A DNA stretch of 64,000 nt from Verrucomicrobiota bacterium (GCA_047947115.1 CP170459.1:5600001-5664000); one strand, 5' to 3'; shown: positions 19,403-29,742, counted from the first letter of the stretch. Made by a program: numbers and translations. The notes: generated by a model not told the origin, from the letters alone.

Positions 19403-19627
19403 ATGAACGCGGTGGTATCGGAAAAAGGACAAATCACCATTCCTAAAAAGCTAAGGCATGATCTTGGTCTGGAGCCAGGGTCGGTGATAGAGTTTATGGA
19501 ACGGGACGGATCCTTAATCCTAACAAAAAGGATGGATACGGATCCGGTGGACGACTGGCTGGGTTTTGCAAAAATGCCAAAAGGCAAGACCGTGGATGCC
19601 TATATAAAATCAATTAGAGGTCGATGA
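19403..19627 (+). CDS. AbrB/MazE/SpoVT-type antitoxin (VapB-like)
   Basis: VSEKGQITIPKKLRHDLGL; 4 bp ATGA overlap with the PIN gene. Confidence 0.92.
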   Translation: MNAVVSEKGQITIPKKLRHDLGLEPGSVIEFMERDGSLILTKRMDTDPVDDWLGFAKMPKGKTVDAYIKSIRGR

Positions 19628-20019
19628 TTACCGCAGTAGATTCTTGTGTCTTGCTAGACATTGCTGTGAATGATGCAAGGCACAGCGCAAAGTCCTCGGA
19701 GGCCTTAAAAAAGGCGAGAAAGCAAGGGCGAGTCATCGTAAGTGAATGCGTGGTTTCTGAAATCAGCCCTATTTGCGGCTCTCAGACGGAAGAATTTTTG
19801 GATTCGCTAAACATTGGTTTCATCCCAGTATCCAAGGCAGGATCACTTCTGGCTGGACAAATGTTCTCGAATTATTTGGCGCGAGGAGGCAGGAGGGGGC
19901 GAGTCGTCGTCGATTTCCTTATTGGCGCCCACGCTGAAGAAAATTCCGACAGGCTTCTGACTCGTGATGCAGGATTTCTTAGAGATTACTTTGCAAAGTT
20001 AAAAATCTGGCAACCATAA
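19624..20019 (+). CDS. vapC: PIN-domain toxin (VapC family)
   Basis: VDSCVLLD, VVSEI, DFLIGAHA and LLTRD supply the acidic active-site residues. Confidence 0.92.
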   Translation: MITAVDSCVLLDIAVNDARHSAKSSEALKKARKQGRVIVSECVVSEISPICGSQTEEFLDSLNIGFIPVSKAGSLLAGQMFSNYLARGGRRGRVVVDFLIGAHAEENSDRLLTRDAGFLRDYFAKLKIWQP

Positions 20020-20035
20020 ATTTAAGCAAGCCGAC

Positions 20036-20437
20036 TTACCTCAACACAATTTTGTTTGCCACCCCTGCCCCCATCCACACGAATAGCAAACACGAAAGCA
20101 CCGATAACAGCACATTACCGATCGCCAAGCCGTGATGTCCCTGTTGGGCGAGTTGCAGAGTTTGGAGACTGAAGGAGGAGAAGGTCGTGAACCCGCCGAG
20201 TAAGCCGACAATGAAGAATCGCTGTGCATTTGGATGGCTCATCCAATGGCCTTCGTTTCCGGACAGCATGGCCAGAAATCCAATCACGAAGGACCCAACC
20301 ACATTGACGGCCAAGGTTCCCCAGGGGAATTCATGTGGAAATTGACGTTGCACCCAAAGCGACACGCTGTATCGCCCCATGCCACCGATGGCGCTGCCGA
20401 GTCCCACCCAAAACAGCGTTGTCAATGTGGGAAGCAT
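20036..20437 (-). CDS. crcB: Fluoride efflux channel
   Basis: GGMGRY, FPWGTLAVN and GLLGGFTTFSSF. Confidence 0.96.
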   Translation of the reverse strand: MLPTLTTLFWVGLGSAIGGMGRYSVSLWVQRQFPHEFPWGTLAVNVVGSFVIGFLAMLSGNEGHWMSHPNAQRFFIVGLLGGFTTFSSFSLQTLQLAQQGHHGLAIGNVLLSVLSCLLFVWMGAGVANKIVLR

Positions 20438-20454
20438 GAGAATAGTAAAGAACC

Positions 20455-21432
20455 TTAGGGTTTGAGAGCTTCAGCGAGTTGAATTCCGAGAGCTTCGGCC
20501 TGGCCGGCTTTTCCTTCCAGTTCGGCGTCATGGCAGGCGCCTCCGTGGAATGCGCGCCCCAGCAGTTTCAAACGTTCGCCATCCAAAGTTCCGTAGGCGG
20601 CATAAGGAGTTTGGCAACCTCCCCCCATGTGTTTCAAGAATGCCCGTTCGGCCGTGGCGGCGATGGTGGAGGGTTCATGAGAGAGAGCCTGAATGATGTT
20701 GCTGATGCGCTCATCGTTTTTCCGGATCTCAATTCCCAGGCATCCCTGCCCAACGCAGGGCAGCATTTGGTTTACCTCGATGACGACGGCGAACAATCCT
20801 TCAGGAACGTCATTCCCAGTCAGACGTCCATCCCCATCGATGGAATACCCCAAACGATTCAACCCAGCTTTAGCCAGAATCGTCGCATCGAGCTCTGCGT
20901 TTTCGGCCAATTTGCGCAGTCGTGTGGGGACGTTGCCTCGCATAGGCACGACCTTCAGATCCTTGTTCCACTGTTTCAATTGCACCTGACGCCGTGGACT
21001 ATTGGTCGCCACACAGGCTTTGCTGCGAAGGAACTGACCGGGATTCGCCACTTGGTTGACTTTGGGCGCTTTCTTGAAAATCAACACCTCACGCACATCT
21101 TCACGCTCTGTGACAGATCCTAGTTCGAGCCCTTCAGGCAATTCAGTTGGAAGGTCTTTCAGGCTGTGAACCGCGAGATCGGCTTCGCCACTCAACAAGG
21201 CTGCTTCCAGTTCCTTGGTGAATAATCCCTTGGGCAGCATCGGAGAATGGGCATCCGCTTCGGCGACTTTCTGAAGATGATCCCCGGTGGTCTTCATGAT
21301 GCTGAGTTCAAAACTCAGACTGGGGAAGAGACGCTGGCATTCGGATTGAATGAATCGCGATTGAACCAATGCCAGGGCGCTGCCGCGCGTTGCAATGATG
21401 ATGTTGTCCCTCTCGTTGGATGCTGCTCCCAT
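20455..21432 (-). CDS. hemC: Hydroxymethylbilane synthase
   Basis: ATRGSALA, GLFTKELE, AVHSLKD, RGNVPTR and GGGCQTP. Confidence 0.97.
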   Translation of the reverse strand: MGAASNERDNIIIATRGSALALVQSRFIQSECQRLFPSLSFELSIMKTTGDHLQKVAEADAHSPMLPKGLFTKELEAALLSGEADLAVHSLKDLPTELPEGLELGSVTEREDVREVLIFKKAPKVNQVANPGQFLRSKACVATNSPRRQVQLKQWNKDLKVVPMRGNVPTRLRKLAENAELDATILAKAGLNRLGYSIDGDGRLTGNDVPEGLFAVVIEVNQMLPCVGQGCLGIEIRKNDERISNIIQALSHEPSTIAATAERAFLKHMGGGCQTPYAAYGTLDGERLKLLGRAFHGGACHDAELEGKAGQAEALGIQLAEALKP

Positions 21433-21489
21433 GATTTTGTCTCTGATTTAAAATTCGATTCGGGTCTGTTTTACTCGGTGACCTGTGTC

Positions 21490-22563
21490 TCAACCGGCTT
21501 CACGCGCATCTACCTGAATCATGGCACCCTCCCTGGCTGCATGTCCTGGCGGATGGAGCGATTCCAACACTTCGGAGGCTTTTTCCTTGATAAATGCTTC
21601 ACAAGTGTCGATTTCCTTTTGCCGTTGCTCAAGATAATCCTGAGCGATGGACTGAAGGTGGTCAATGTTGTAGACGTAGACATTGTCCAGTTCATTGATC
21701 TCGGGATCAATATCCCGCGGAACGGCAATGTCAATCAACAGCAATGGTCGTGACTTGCGGGGCAAGATCAGCTTCTCAAGCCGCGCGCGATCGAGCACAT
21801 ATGTCGGCGCAGAAGTGCTGCTGATAACGATATCCAATTCTTCAAACTCGGCTTCCCATTCCTGGAAACGAACAGCGCGACCATTCAAGTTTCCGGCCAA
21901 TTCCTCAGCGCGTTCGTAAGATCGGTTCGTCACCGCCACTTCGGATGCTCCTCTTGAAAGCAGCGAACGAGCTGTCTTCTCACTGGTATCCCCCGCTCCG
22001 ATCACCATCACGCGCCGCCCCTTGAGCCCATCAAAAATCTTGTCCGCCAGCTCTACGGCAACAGATCCCACGGAAGTGCTTCCGCGTTGAATTCCGGTAT
22101 TGGATCGAATGTGCTTGGCGACGTTGAATGCCTTCTGGAACACTTTGTTCAATCGACCGCCGGTAAACTTCATCTCCATAGCCAGGTGATAAGCCTTCTT
22201 CAATTGGCCAAGGATCTCCGTTTCCCCCAGCACCAGCGAATCCAATCCGCTTGCCACTCTGAAAAGATGTTCCACGCTGAGAGGATTGGCATGGCAATAC
22301 ATCTCGTCCCGGATCACACCCTGATACTGACGGTTTTCGATCAGGAACTGCTTGATGGCATACAGGGCCTCTGTGGCCGGCAGACGGGTTGAAACGTAAA
22401 GTTCCACCCGATTACAGGTGGACAGCAAAACACTTTCCTGCGCCAAACCTTTATCTGTCAGGCTTCGCAACACATCATCAATTTCGGACTCGGCAAAAGC
22501 AAAACGTTCACGGACAGATACCGATGACGAATGATGACTGATACCAACAACGATAATTGACAT
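21490..22563 (-). CDS. hemA: Glutamyl-tRNA reductase (short form)
   Basis: LSTCNRVE, SGLDSLVLGETEILGQ, IGAG and DIAVPRD. Confidence 0.96.
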   Translation of the reverse strand: MSIIVVGISHHSSSVSVRERFAFAESEIDDVLRSLTDKGLAQESVLLSTCNRVELYVSTRLPATEALYAIKQFLIENRQYQGVIRDEMYCHANPLSVEHLFRVASGLDSLVLGETEILGQLKKAYHLAMEMKFTGGRLNKVFQKAFNVAKHIRSNTGIQRGSTSVGSVAVELADKIFDGLKGRRVMVIGAGDTSEKTARSLLSRGASEVAVTNRSYERAEELAGNLNGRAVRFQEWEAEFEELDIVISSTSAPTYVLDRARLEKLILPRKSRPLLLIDIAVPRDIDPEINELDNVYVYNIDHLQSIAQDYLEQRQKEIDTCEAFIKEKASEVLESLHPPGHAAREGAMIQVDAREAG

Positions 22564-22630
22564 ATTACCGGCCTCCTCCCTTCATCGTTGGAACATTTCC
22601 ATTTTTCATCTTCTCTGGCTCAATCTTCAC

Positions 22631-23461
22631 TTAACGATGCAAGTCTGACATCATGTTCGTTGCGGAAAAAGTGAGGATTAAAAAGATGAATCCGGCAATC
22701 AGGCACCAGGCCAGACGCTTGCCGCCAAATTGCCATTTCCATCGGGCTCCGACGATCACGGCATAGGCCGCCCACACAAGCATTGACCACAATATTTTGG
22801 CATCTTCATAAAAGACCAGGTTCTCCTTGTCCTTCATAATCAAAGGAGCCAAAGCCAGCCCCAGCGTCAACAGAACCAGCCCCCCGACGAGCAATTTTCC
22901 GGCAACTGCTTCAAGCCGTTGAATGGGCGGCAGCACCGACAGAATGGCGGAGATGTCATGTTTCTTTAAATGACGTTCCTGCATCAAAAACATACAGGAC
23001 GCCACAGCACACAATCCAAAGGAACCATAGGAAACCAGGATCAGCACAGCATGAAGGCTGACCGCCCAATTCTTGGTGATGTCACCGTCCGGATCGTGAT
23101 GATCCAGCCCAGGCATCAGGGCATAGATCCCCAGGAAGAAAAAGATAGGGGAAGCAAAGGCTCCAAGAAAACGAATCTTGGGAATCAGCCCGAGAGCCAG
23201 ATAAACACCCACCGCTGACCAATCCACAAACATGGTGGCTTCGAAAAGATTGTTCACGGGGCATCGATTGAAAGAGAAACCGCGTAACATCAAGGCGGTG
23301 GTATGCATGACGAACCCAGCCAGAAGAAGTACGTAATTCACCCAATCATCCTTGCGAAACCCTTTTCGCCAAAGGAAGACCGAATAAATAACGCTCACTC
23401 CATACATCAGGATGGCGCAGAAAAACCACTGTCGATCCGTTAACATGACCAAAGGCCCCAT
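22631..23461 (-). CDS. Cytochrome c assembly / HemX-like membrane protein (CcsA family)
   Basis: Multiple TM helices; SLHAVL..VSYG, FLMQERHLKKH, LPPIQRLE, DAKILWS; upstream of hemA. Confidence 0.85.
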   Translation of the reverse strand: MGPLVMLTDRQWFFCAILMYGVSVIYSVFLWRKGFRKDDWVNYVLLLAGFVMHTTALMLRGFSFNRCPVNNLFEATMFVDWSAVGVYLALGLIPKIRFLGAFASPIFFFLGIYALMPGLDHHDPDGDITKNWAVSLHAVLILVSYGSFGLCAVASCMFLMQERHLKKHDISAILSVLPPIQRLEAVAGKLLVGGLVLLTLGLALAPLIMKDKENLVFYEDAKILWSMLVWAAYAVIVGARWKWQFGGKRLAWCLIAGFIFLILTFSATNMMSDLHR

Positions 23462-23532
23462 CTTGAAGGAAAAAAACCGCTATTGGCAAGCCATTGAATG
23501 GGGATTTTGTGAGATAGGTGGCAATGGTCCGT

Positions 23533-24588
23533 CTATTCCAAGTGGCCAAGCGCCGAAGGAAGTCCAATGATTCTGACCTTTATTTCACTTCCCGAAAGAT
23601 CTTTGCAGGTCAAAGGCGCATCTGAGTCCAAAAAAGCTCTTTTGACATATCCCAAGCCACGTAAGCGACAGGGATCATCAGGAATCAATGCAGCACTTGT
23701 CACGGTTCCAGCCACCTGATCATCCGAAATCAGGCAAAGTTCCATCCCGGTTTCAAGCTGAGGGGAACCCTGAAACTCCAGAAGCCTCAGTGCCTTATTA
23801 ACTTTCCCCACCGTCCGAATACGTGAAATCACTTCCTGTCCAATATAACAGCCCTTTTGATAGCTCACTGTTTGCAATTCCAAACCCGTTTCCTGCACCA
23901 AAATTTCATCGCTCATATCCCTCCCCATCAACGGAACACCCGCCTCAATGCCCGCCAGGCGCAACGCAGGATCTTCCACAACGCCCCCACCCAACTTTTC
24001 TACAGCGGATAGGAGGTCACTGGATTTCCGCGGCGCAATGGATTTTGGAATGAACAGATCATATCCCGCCGCGCCACATCGAGGTCGATGGCAGACATAG
24101 ATGCCCCCACCGTTACCGTCAGTAACTTCTACAAAATTCCAGGGTTCGACTGGCAAGGAAATGTCAGGAAAGGCGTTGGACATGGCCTCGACGGCTCGAG
24201 GCCCCTGAACACTGATCATCGTATAGAACTCAGATGGGTCGATGATGTCCACGTCCTCGGAAACAAGGTAGCGCTCAAGTCGTTGCGTGACCATATCGGT
24301 CAATCCCGCGTCAAAATCCAGCAACAGCTCATCGGTTAGGCAATAGATATTCAGATCCGCCTGAATTTTACCCTTCCCATCCGCCAACGCGGAGAACGTT
24401 CCGGCACCTGCGGTAAGGTTTTTCACATCCTGGGTAACCTGCCCATGCAGAAAAGCCTTCCGGTCTTCCCCTGTCAGACACAAACGCCCCCGTGCTTCAA
24501 AATCAATATAGCCACACGTTTGCGTAAGAAATCGATACTGCTTCTTTACCTGTTCCGATTCATCGTTGATCCAACATAATTTATTCAT
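23533..24588 (-). CDS. ygfZ: Folate-binding YgfZ/GcvT family protein
   Basis: KGCYIGQE signature; GEDRKAFLHGQVT. Confidence 0.9.
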   Translation of the reverse strand: MNKLCWINDESEQVKKQYRFLTQTCGYIDFEARGRLCLTGEDRKAFLHGQVTQDVKNLTAGAGTFSALADGKGKIQADLNIYCLTDELLLDFDAGLTDMVTQRLERYLVSEDVDIIDPSEFYTMISVQGPRAVEAMSNAFPDISLPVEPWNFVEVTDGNGGGIYVCHRPRCGAAGYDLFIPKSIAPRKSSDLLSAVEKLGGGVVEDPALRLAGIEAGVPLMGRDMSDEILVQETGLELQTVSYQKGCYIGQEVISRIRTVGKVNKALRLLEFQGSPQLETGMELCLISDDQVAGTVTSAALIPDDPCRLRGLGYVKRAFLDSDAPLTCKDLSGSEIKVRIIGLPSALGHLE

Positions 24589-24643
24589 GTCAAAACGCTA
24601 ATTTGAAATCATTTCCCATCCAGATCGAACAACATAGTTTTGT

Positions 24644-25177
24644 TCATCCTGCTCGATCCAAAGCACGGGCTTCCAGCCACAGCCAATCACTCAGCCGGTT
24701 AAGATAAACGATGATCGATTCATTCGACAATGGTTCCACCGCATGCAACTGACAAACCGACCTCTCCGCCCGCCGGCAAACCGTCCTCGCCCAATCAGCC
24801 AGGGAACCGGCTTCGGAACCTCCTGGAAGACACCAATCATTAAACGGGCCCAGTTCCGCCTCCAGGACCCCGATCCGTTGTTCCACTTCGGAAACGTCGG
24901 CCTCGGACAAGCTGGCATACCCGGCGGATCGATACTTTTCAACGGAGTCACTTGGAGTGGACACCTCCCCCATCACACCAATCAAATCCTTTTGAACATC
25001 CAATGCCCGCTTTTTAAGTTCCACAGGCGTTCCCCTGTGGGCGCGAACCACACCCAATGCCGCATTGAATTCATCGATCGCACCATACGCATCCACCCGC
25101 GGATCATGCTTCGCGGTTTCACGGTTGAACATCAATCGCGTCTGCCCTTTGTCCCCTGTTTTGGTCACAATACTCAT
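24644..25177 (-). CDS. pduO: Cob(I)alamin adenosyltransferase (PduO type)
   Basis: SIVTKTGDKGQT, AYGAIDE, RTVCRRAER and YLNRLSD. Confidence 0.92.
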   Translation of the reverse strand: MSIVTKTGDKGQTRLMFNRETAKHDPRVDAYGAIDEFNAALGVVRAHRGTPVELKKRALDVQKDLIGVMGEVSTPSDSVEKYRSAGYASLSEADVSEVEQRIGVLEAELGPFNDWCLPGGSEAGSLADWARTVCRRAERSVCQLHAVEPLSNESIIVYLNRLSDWLWLEARALDRAG

Positions 25178-25428
25178 AAAGGCCCACCTTAACCCGCATT
25201 CCTTCGAACGCAAGTCGGAGAAGAAACGATCAAAACAATTCCACGCCCCGGAATTCAGCAGGTCAAAAATCCCGCGCATCCTGCTGATCTCTTGGATCCC
25301 GCGATTGTGGTGGCTGTCAAAAGACAAATCAACCAACCTTCCTCAAAACTCAATGGGACCGCCCCATGGTTGGCCCCTGCCCCTTTTTCCGTTGGCATTC
25401 CGGCTAACCAGTCTGTAGGTTGAACACC

Positions 25429-26808
25429 ATGTCAAAGGAATGCATTCAATACCTGGAAGACAAACAAGCCCAATTTCTAGAGGAACTTAAGGAATTCTTG
25501 CGAATTCCCAGTGTGTCGGCGCAATCCGCCCACAACGAGGATGTCAAAAACGCCGCCACCTGGCTGGCGAACCATTGCAAATCCATTGGACTCAAAACCC
25601 GTGTCATTAAAACCAGCGGCCACCCCATTGTCCTGGCAAAAACCCCGCGCAAAGGCAAATCCAAGAAACCTCATTTCATGGTCTACGGGCACTACGACGT
25701 TCAGCCACCCGAGCCTCTGAACCTGTGGACTTCCCAGCCATTCGAACCACGCATTGAGGGTGACAATCTGTTTGCACGCGGGTCCACCGATAACAAGGGA
25801 CAACACTTCGTCCATTTGAAAGCGGTCGAATCCTATCTGAAAACCGGAACGGAATTGCCCTGCGACATTACCTTCCTCATCGAAGGCGAAGAAGAAGTCG
25901 GCAGCGAATCACTCGCCCCGGCTCTGGAAAAACTGAAGCCGGAACTGGATGTTGCCGCCATTGTGGTTTCCGACAACGGCATGCCCGACCTGAAACATCC
26001 GGCCCTGACCTACGGACTCCGCGGCGTGGCGGCCTGCGAGATCACCTTGACCGGTCCCAACCGGGATCTGCATTCGGGCATTTACGGAGGTGCGGTGGAC
26101 AATCCGGCCATGGTCCTTTGCCAGATGTTGGCCCAACTGAGAGACGCCGACGGACGCATCACCGTCCCTGGATTTTATGATGATGTCTCTCCTCTCAGCA
26201 AACTGGAACGTGACCAGGCCAAACGCTTCCCGCACAAAGACGCAAAACTTGCGCGTGACCTGGGCGTGCGCGAATTGTTCGGCGAACGCAACTTTAACAC
26301 CGTGGAACGTCGGTCCGCCCGACCAACCCTGGAGATCAACGGCCTGACATCCGGTTATCAGGGAGAAGGAAGCAAAACCATCATTCCAAGCGTCGCATCG
26401 GCAAAGATCACCTGCCGATTGGTTCCCAACCAGAAACCTGAAAAAATCCTGAGACTTCTCGAAAGACACCTCAAACGGCTCTGTCCCAAATCCGTTAAAA
26501 TGTCGTTCGAAAAAGGACACAGCGGCAGGGCATACGTCACCGCTCCCGATGGACCCTTTGCCGGAGCAGCCCTCGAAGCTCTGGAAGAAGCTTTTCAATA
26601 CCCGCCCGTGCTCATGCGCGAGGGGGGCTCCATCCCCATCGTCACCGATTTCAAACGCGTCCTAAAAGCCGACACCCTGCTGCTTGGTCTCGGGCTGCCG
26701 GACGACAATGCCCATTCTCCCAACGAAAAAATGAGCCTGACCGCATTCCGAAAAGGGATGAAAATGAGCGCTCTGCTGTGGGAAAAACTGGCCAGAGCGG
26801 CGAAGTAA
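25429..26808 (+). CDS. M20 family dipeptidase (ArgE/DapE-like)
   Basis: YGHYDVQP, ARGSTDNKGQ, EGEEEVGS, DLHSG, GGSIP and HSPNE. Confidence 0.93.
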   Translation: MSKECIQYLEDKQAQFLEELKEFLRIPSVSAQSAHNEDVKNAATWLANHCKSIGLKTRVIKTSGHPIVLAKTPRKGKSKKPHFMVYGHYDVQPPEPLNLWTSQPFEPRIEGDNLFARGSTDNKGQHFVHLKAVESYLKTGTELPCDITFLIEGEEEVGSESLAPALEKLKPELDVAAIVVSDNGMPDLKHPALTYGLRGVAACEITLTGPNRDLHSGIYGGAVDNPAMVLCQMLAQLRDADGRITVPGFYDDVSPLSKLERDQAKRFPHKDAKLARDLGVRELFGERNFNTVERRSARPTLEINGLTSGYQGEGSKTIIPSVASAKITCRLVPNQKPEKILRLLERHLKRLCPKSVKMSFEKGHSGRAYVTAPDGPFAGAALEALEEAFQYPPVLMREGGSIPIVTDFKRVLKADTLLLGLGLPDDNAHSPNEKMSLTAFRKGMKMSALLWEKLARAAK

Positions 26809-26825
26809 TCTGCCTTAGACCGATA

Positions 26826-27563
26826 ATGAGCCGCAACCTCTTGGTCCACGAAATCTACCTGAGCATCCAGGGCGAAAGCACTTTTGCCGGATTGCCCTGT
26901 ATTTTCATCCGCTTGACCGGATGCGATCTGCGTTGCTCCTATTGCGACACCGCCTATGCGTTTAAAGGCGGTCAAACCATGTCCATCGAGGCCATCATTC
27001 AAACCGTGGAGAACATGGCACAACCCTTCGCAAGAAATGGTACACTCGGACACAAACTGCCACTGGTCGAGCTGACCGGTGGTGAACCCCTCCTGCAAAA
27101 GGAAAGTCCTGCACTGGTGTCTCAGTTATGTGACCGCGGATATACCGTCTTGATCGAAACAAGCGGGGCACATGACATCCGAAAGCTCGACCCGCGCAGC
27201 CATCGCATCATGGATCTCAAATGCCCCAGCAGCGGTGAATCGGATCGAATGTTTGCGGAGAATATCGAACACCTCAGCCCTCGCGATGAAGTGAAATTTG
27301 TCATTTCCACTCACGAAGACTACCGCTGGTGCAAATCACAGATAGAAAAATGGCAGTTGAATGAACGCTGCGAGATCCTGGTTTCCTGGTGCGCCCCATT
27401 GGCCGCCTCCCAACAGGATCCCAATCTGAAACCCGCTCCCAGCCCGGAAACACTGATCTCGCGGCAGGAAATCATCGATCAGATGATGAAAGATGCGCTC
27501 CCGGCACGCTTCCAGGCGCAACTGCATAAAATCATCTGGCCCGCCGACGCCAAGGGTGTTTAA
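26826..27563 (+). CDS. queE: 7-carboxy-7-deazaguanine synthase (radical SAM)
   Basis: EIYLSIQGE, RLTGCDLRCSYCDT, TGGEPLLQ, ETSG and QLHKIIW. Confidence 0.9.
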   Translation: MSRNLLVHEIYLSIQGESTFAGLPCIFIRLTGCDLRCSYCDTAYAFKGGQTMSIEAIIQTVENMAQPFARNGTLGHKLPLVELTGGEPLLQKESPALVSQLCDRGYTVLIETSGAHDIRKLDPRSHRIMDLKCPSSGESDRMFAENIEHLSPRDEVKFVISTHEDYRWCKSQIEKWQLNERCEILVSWCAPLAASQQDPNLKPAPSPETLISRQEIIDQMMKDALPARFQAQLHKIIWPADAKGV

Positions 27564-27571
27564 CCACTGCC

Positions 27572-28912
27572 ATGCCCCCCAAACGCCCAACAAAGACCGG
27601 CAAGATCCTTCAAAAGCTGAAGGACCATGAATCCCAAAATGTCACCTTCATGGCGCCGGACGGATCGTGGCCTATCGTTTGGAAGAAAGCCAAAGGGATG
27701 CATGTTTGGGATGTGGAAGGAAGGAAATACCTGGACCTGACCGCTGCTTTCGGCGTCGCCGCCTGCGGTCATGCCAGCAGGGAAGTCACCAAAGCAGGCA
27801 CTCAGCAAATGCGCACCCTGATGCATGCCATGGGAGACGTTCATCCGCATGCAGGCAAAGCGAATCTCGCCCGGGAACTCAGCCGATGGACCTTTGAACG
27901 CTGGTCGCGCACTTCGGCCAAAGTCTCTAAAAAAAACATCCACGCCAAAACCATTTTCTGCAACTCCGGATTCGAAGCCGTGGAATCCGCGCTCAAAACC
28001 GCGCACCTGGCCACCGGCAAACAGGGAGTCATCGCATTTGAAAGCGGCTACCACGGACTCGGCTACGGGGCGCTTTCCGTCACCCATCGCATACATTTCA
28101 GGGGTGGATTCCTGAGCCAATTAAAACAGTTTGGTCAATTCGTTCCTTTCCCCACGAACGAATCCGAAGCAAGTGAATCGATCAAGGCCATTGAGTCGAT
28201 ATTGAAAAAAAAATCAACCGGCGCCATCATTCTGGAACCTATCCAATCCCGCGGCGGATTGCGTATTCCGCCGGCAGGTTTCCTGAAGCAGTTGCGCATT
28301 CTTTGTGACCAGCACGAAACCTGCCTGATTCTCGACGAAATCTATACCGGCTTCGGACGCACCGGCAAATGGTTCGCCTGCGAACACGATCCCGTTATCC
28401 CGGATCTCATCTGTGTCGGCAAAGCCCTGACCGGCGGATTCCCCATGTCCGCCTGCATCGGCCGATCGGACCTGATGGACAAAGCCTGGCCCCCCTCAGA
28501 AGGCGAAGCCATCCACACCAGCACCTATCTCGGACACCCCGTAGGATGTGCGATGGCCCTGGCTCAGTTGAAACAATTGAAATCAAACAAACTCACTCAA
28601 GCCGCCCAACAAAAAGGAACGCGTTGGCTGCGAGTGTTGAAGCAAACCTTTGAACCTTGGAAGGAGAGGGTCATCCCACGCGGCAGAGGTTTGATGCTCG
28701 GGCTGGAACTTCGTGACGAACACGGTAAACCCGACGGAAGAACAGTCATCCGGTGGACCAACGAGCTTCTCCAAAACGGAGTGATCGTTTTACCCGAGGG
28801 AGACCACGGAGAGGTCCTCGGCATCTCCCCTCCATTGATTATCTCGGAAAAAGAAATGAACCAGGCAACGCATAAGCTGGTGAAGACATTTCGGAAAGTC
28901 ATCCGATCATGA
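27572..28912 (+). CDS. Class III PLP-dependent aminotransferase
   Basis: DVEGRKYLD, NSGFEAVE, YHG, EPIQ, DEIYTGFGRTG and GKALTGG. Confidence 0.92.
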   Translation: MPPKRPTKTGKILQKLKDHESQNVTFMAPDGSWPIVWKKAKGMHVWDVEGRKYLDLTAAFGVAACGHASREVTKAGTQQMRTLMHAMGDVHPHAGKANLARELSRWTFERWSRTSAKVSKKNIHAKTIFCNSGFEAVESALKTAHLATGKQGVIAFESGYHGLGYGALSVTHRIHFRGGFLSQLKQFGQFVPFPTNESEASESIKAIESILKKKSTGAIILEPIQSRGGLRIPPAGFLKQLRILCDQHETCLILDEIYTGFGRTGKWFACEHDPVIPDLICVGKALTGGFPMSACIGRSDLMDKAWPPSEGEAIHTSTYLGHPVGCAMALAQLKQLKSNKLTQAAQQKGTRWLRVLKQTFEPWKERVIPRGRGLMLGLELRDEHGKPDGRTVIRWTNELLQNGVIVLPEGDHGEVLGISPPLIISEKEMNQATHKLVKTFRKVIRS

Positions 28913-29742
28913 AACTGAACGAGATCAAATCCATTCTGGCAGAGCGAAACATTCTCCTGACCAAATCCCTTGGTCAAAACTTTCTACACGATCAAAACCA
29001 GATCAAGCGCATCGCAGACGCCGCCGACATCCAACCCGGCGAGCAAATCCTTGAGATCGGCCCCGGTCTGGGACCACTGACGCGTGAGCTATTGAACCGG
29101 CAAGCAAAGCTCACCTCGGTTGAAATCGACAAACGCCTCGTCGAAGCTCTCGAAGTCCTTTTCGAAAACGAACCGAACTTCACACTTAAGCACACCGATG
29201 CATTGGCGTGGTTGAAAAAAGAACCGCAGAACTGGGACGACTGGAAACTGGCTGCCAACCTCCCCTACTCGGTCGGTTCCCCCATCCTGATTGAACTAGC
29301 ACTGAACGAGCATCCTCCCAAACGCATGACTGCGACACTGCAATCCGAAGTCGTCGACCGCATCGTTTCCTCCTACAACAACAAGACCTACGGCGTGATG
29401 ACCCTGCTCCTCCAAGCTCGCTTTAAAGCCATTGACAAATTCAAGATCCCGGCCGGCTGCTTTTTCCCCGAACCCGATGTCGAATCCTCCTGCGTCACCC
29501 TCGAACGCTATCCGGAACCACTCTTGACCCACGACGAACTCAAGACCTACGTCCAACTCGTCAAACTCGCCTTCTCCCAGCGCCGCAAAATCGTCTGGAA
29601 ACTCCTCAAACAACGCTGGAAACCAGAGGCGCTGGAAGCAGCCAAGGACCAACTCAATCTCGACCCCATGGTCCGCGCCCAGGCCATCAAATTCGAACAA
29701 TTCGTCACCCTGGCAAAAGCTCTTCACCAATCACCTCAATAA
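28909..29742 (+). CDS. rsmA: 16S rRNA m6,6A dimethyltransferase
   Basis: KSLGQNFL, LEIGPGLG, ANLPY and FSQRRK. Confidence 0.97.
   Translation: MKLNEIKSILAERNILLTKSLGQNFLHDQNQIKRIADAADIQPGEQILEIGPGLGPLTRELLNRQAKLTSVEIDKRLVEALEVLFENEPNFTLKHTDALAWLKKEPQNWDDWKLAANLPYSVGSPILIELALNEHPPKRMTATLQSEVVDRIVSSYNNKTYGVMTLLLQARFKAIDKFKIPAGCFFPEPDVESSCVTLERYPEPLLTHDELKTYVQLVKLAFSQRRKIVWKLLKQRWKPEALEAAKDQLNLDPMVRAQAIKFEQFVTLAKALHQSPQ

Noticed and set aside
20438..20454. Fluoride riboswitch upstream of crcB
   Set aside because: Only 17 bp separate hemC and crcB, and no riboswitch motif is visible.
23478..23494. Sigma-54-like GG-N10-GC upstream of the ccsA-like gene
   Set aside because: Poor -12 element (TAGC) and very close to the start codon; likely chance.
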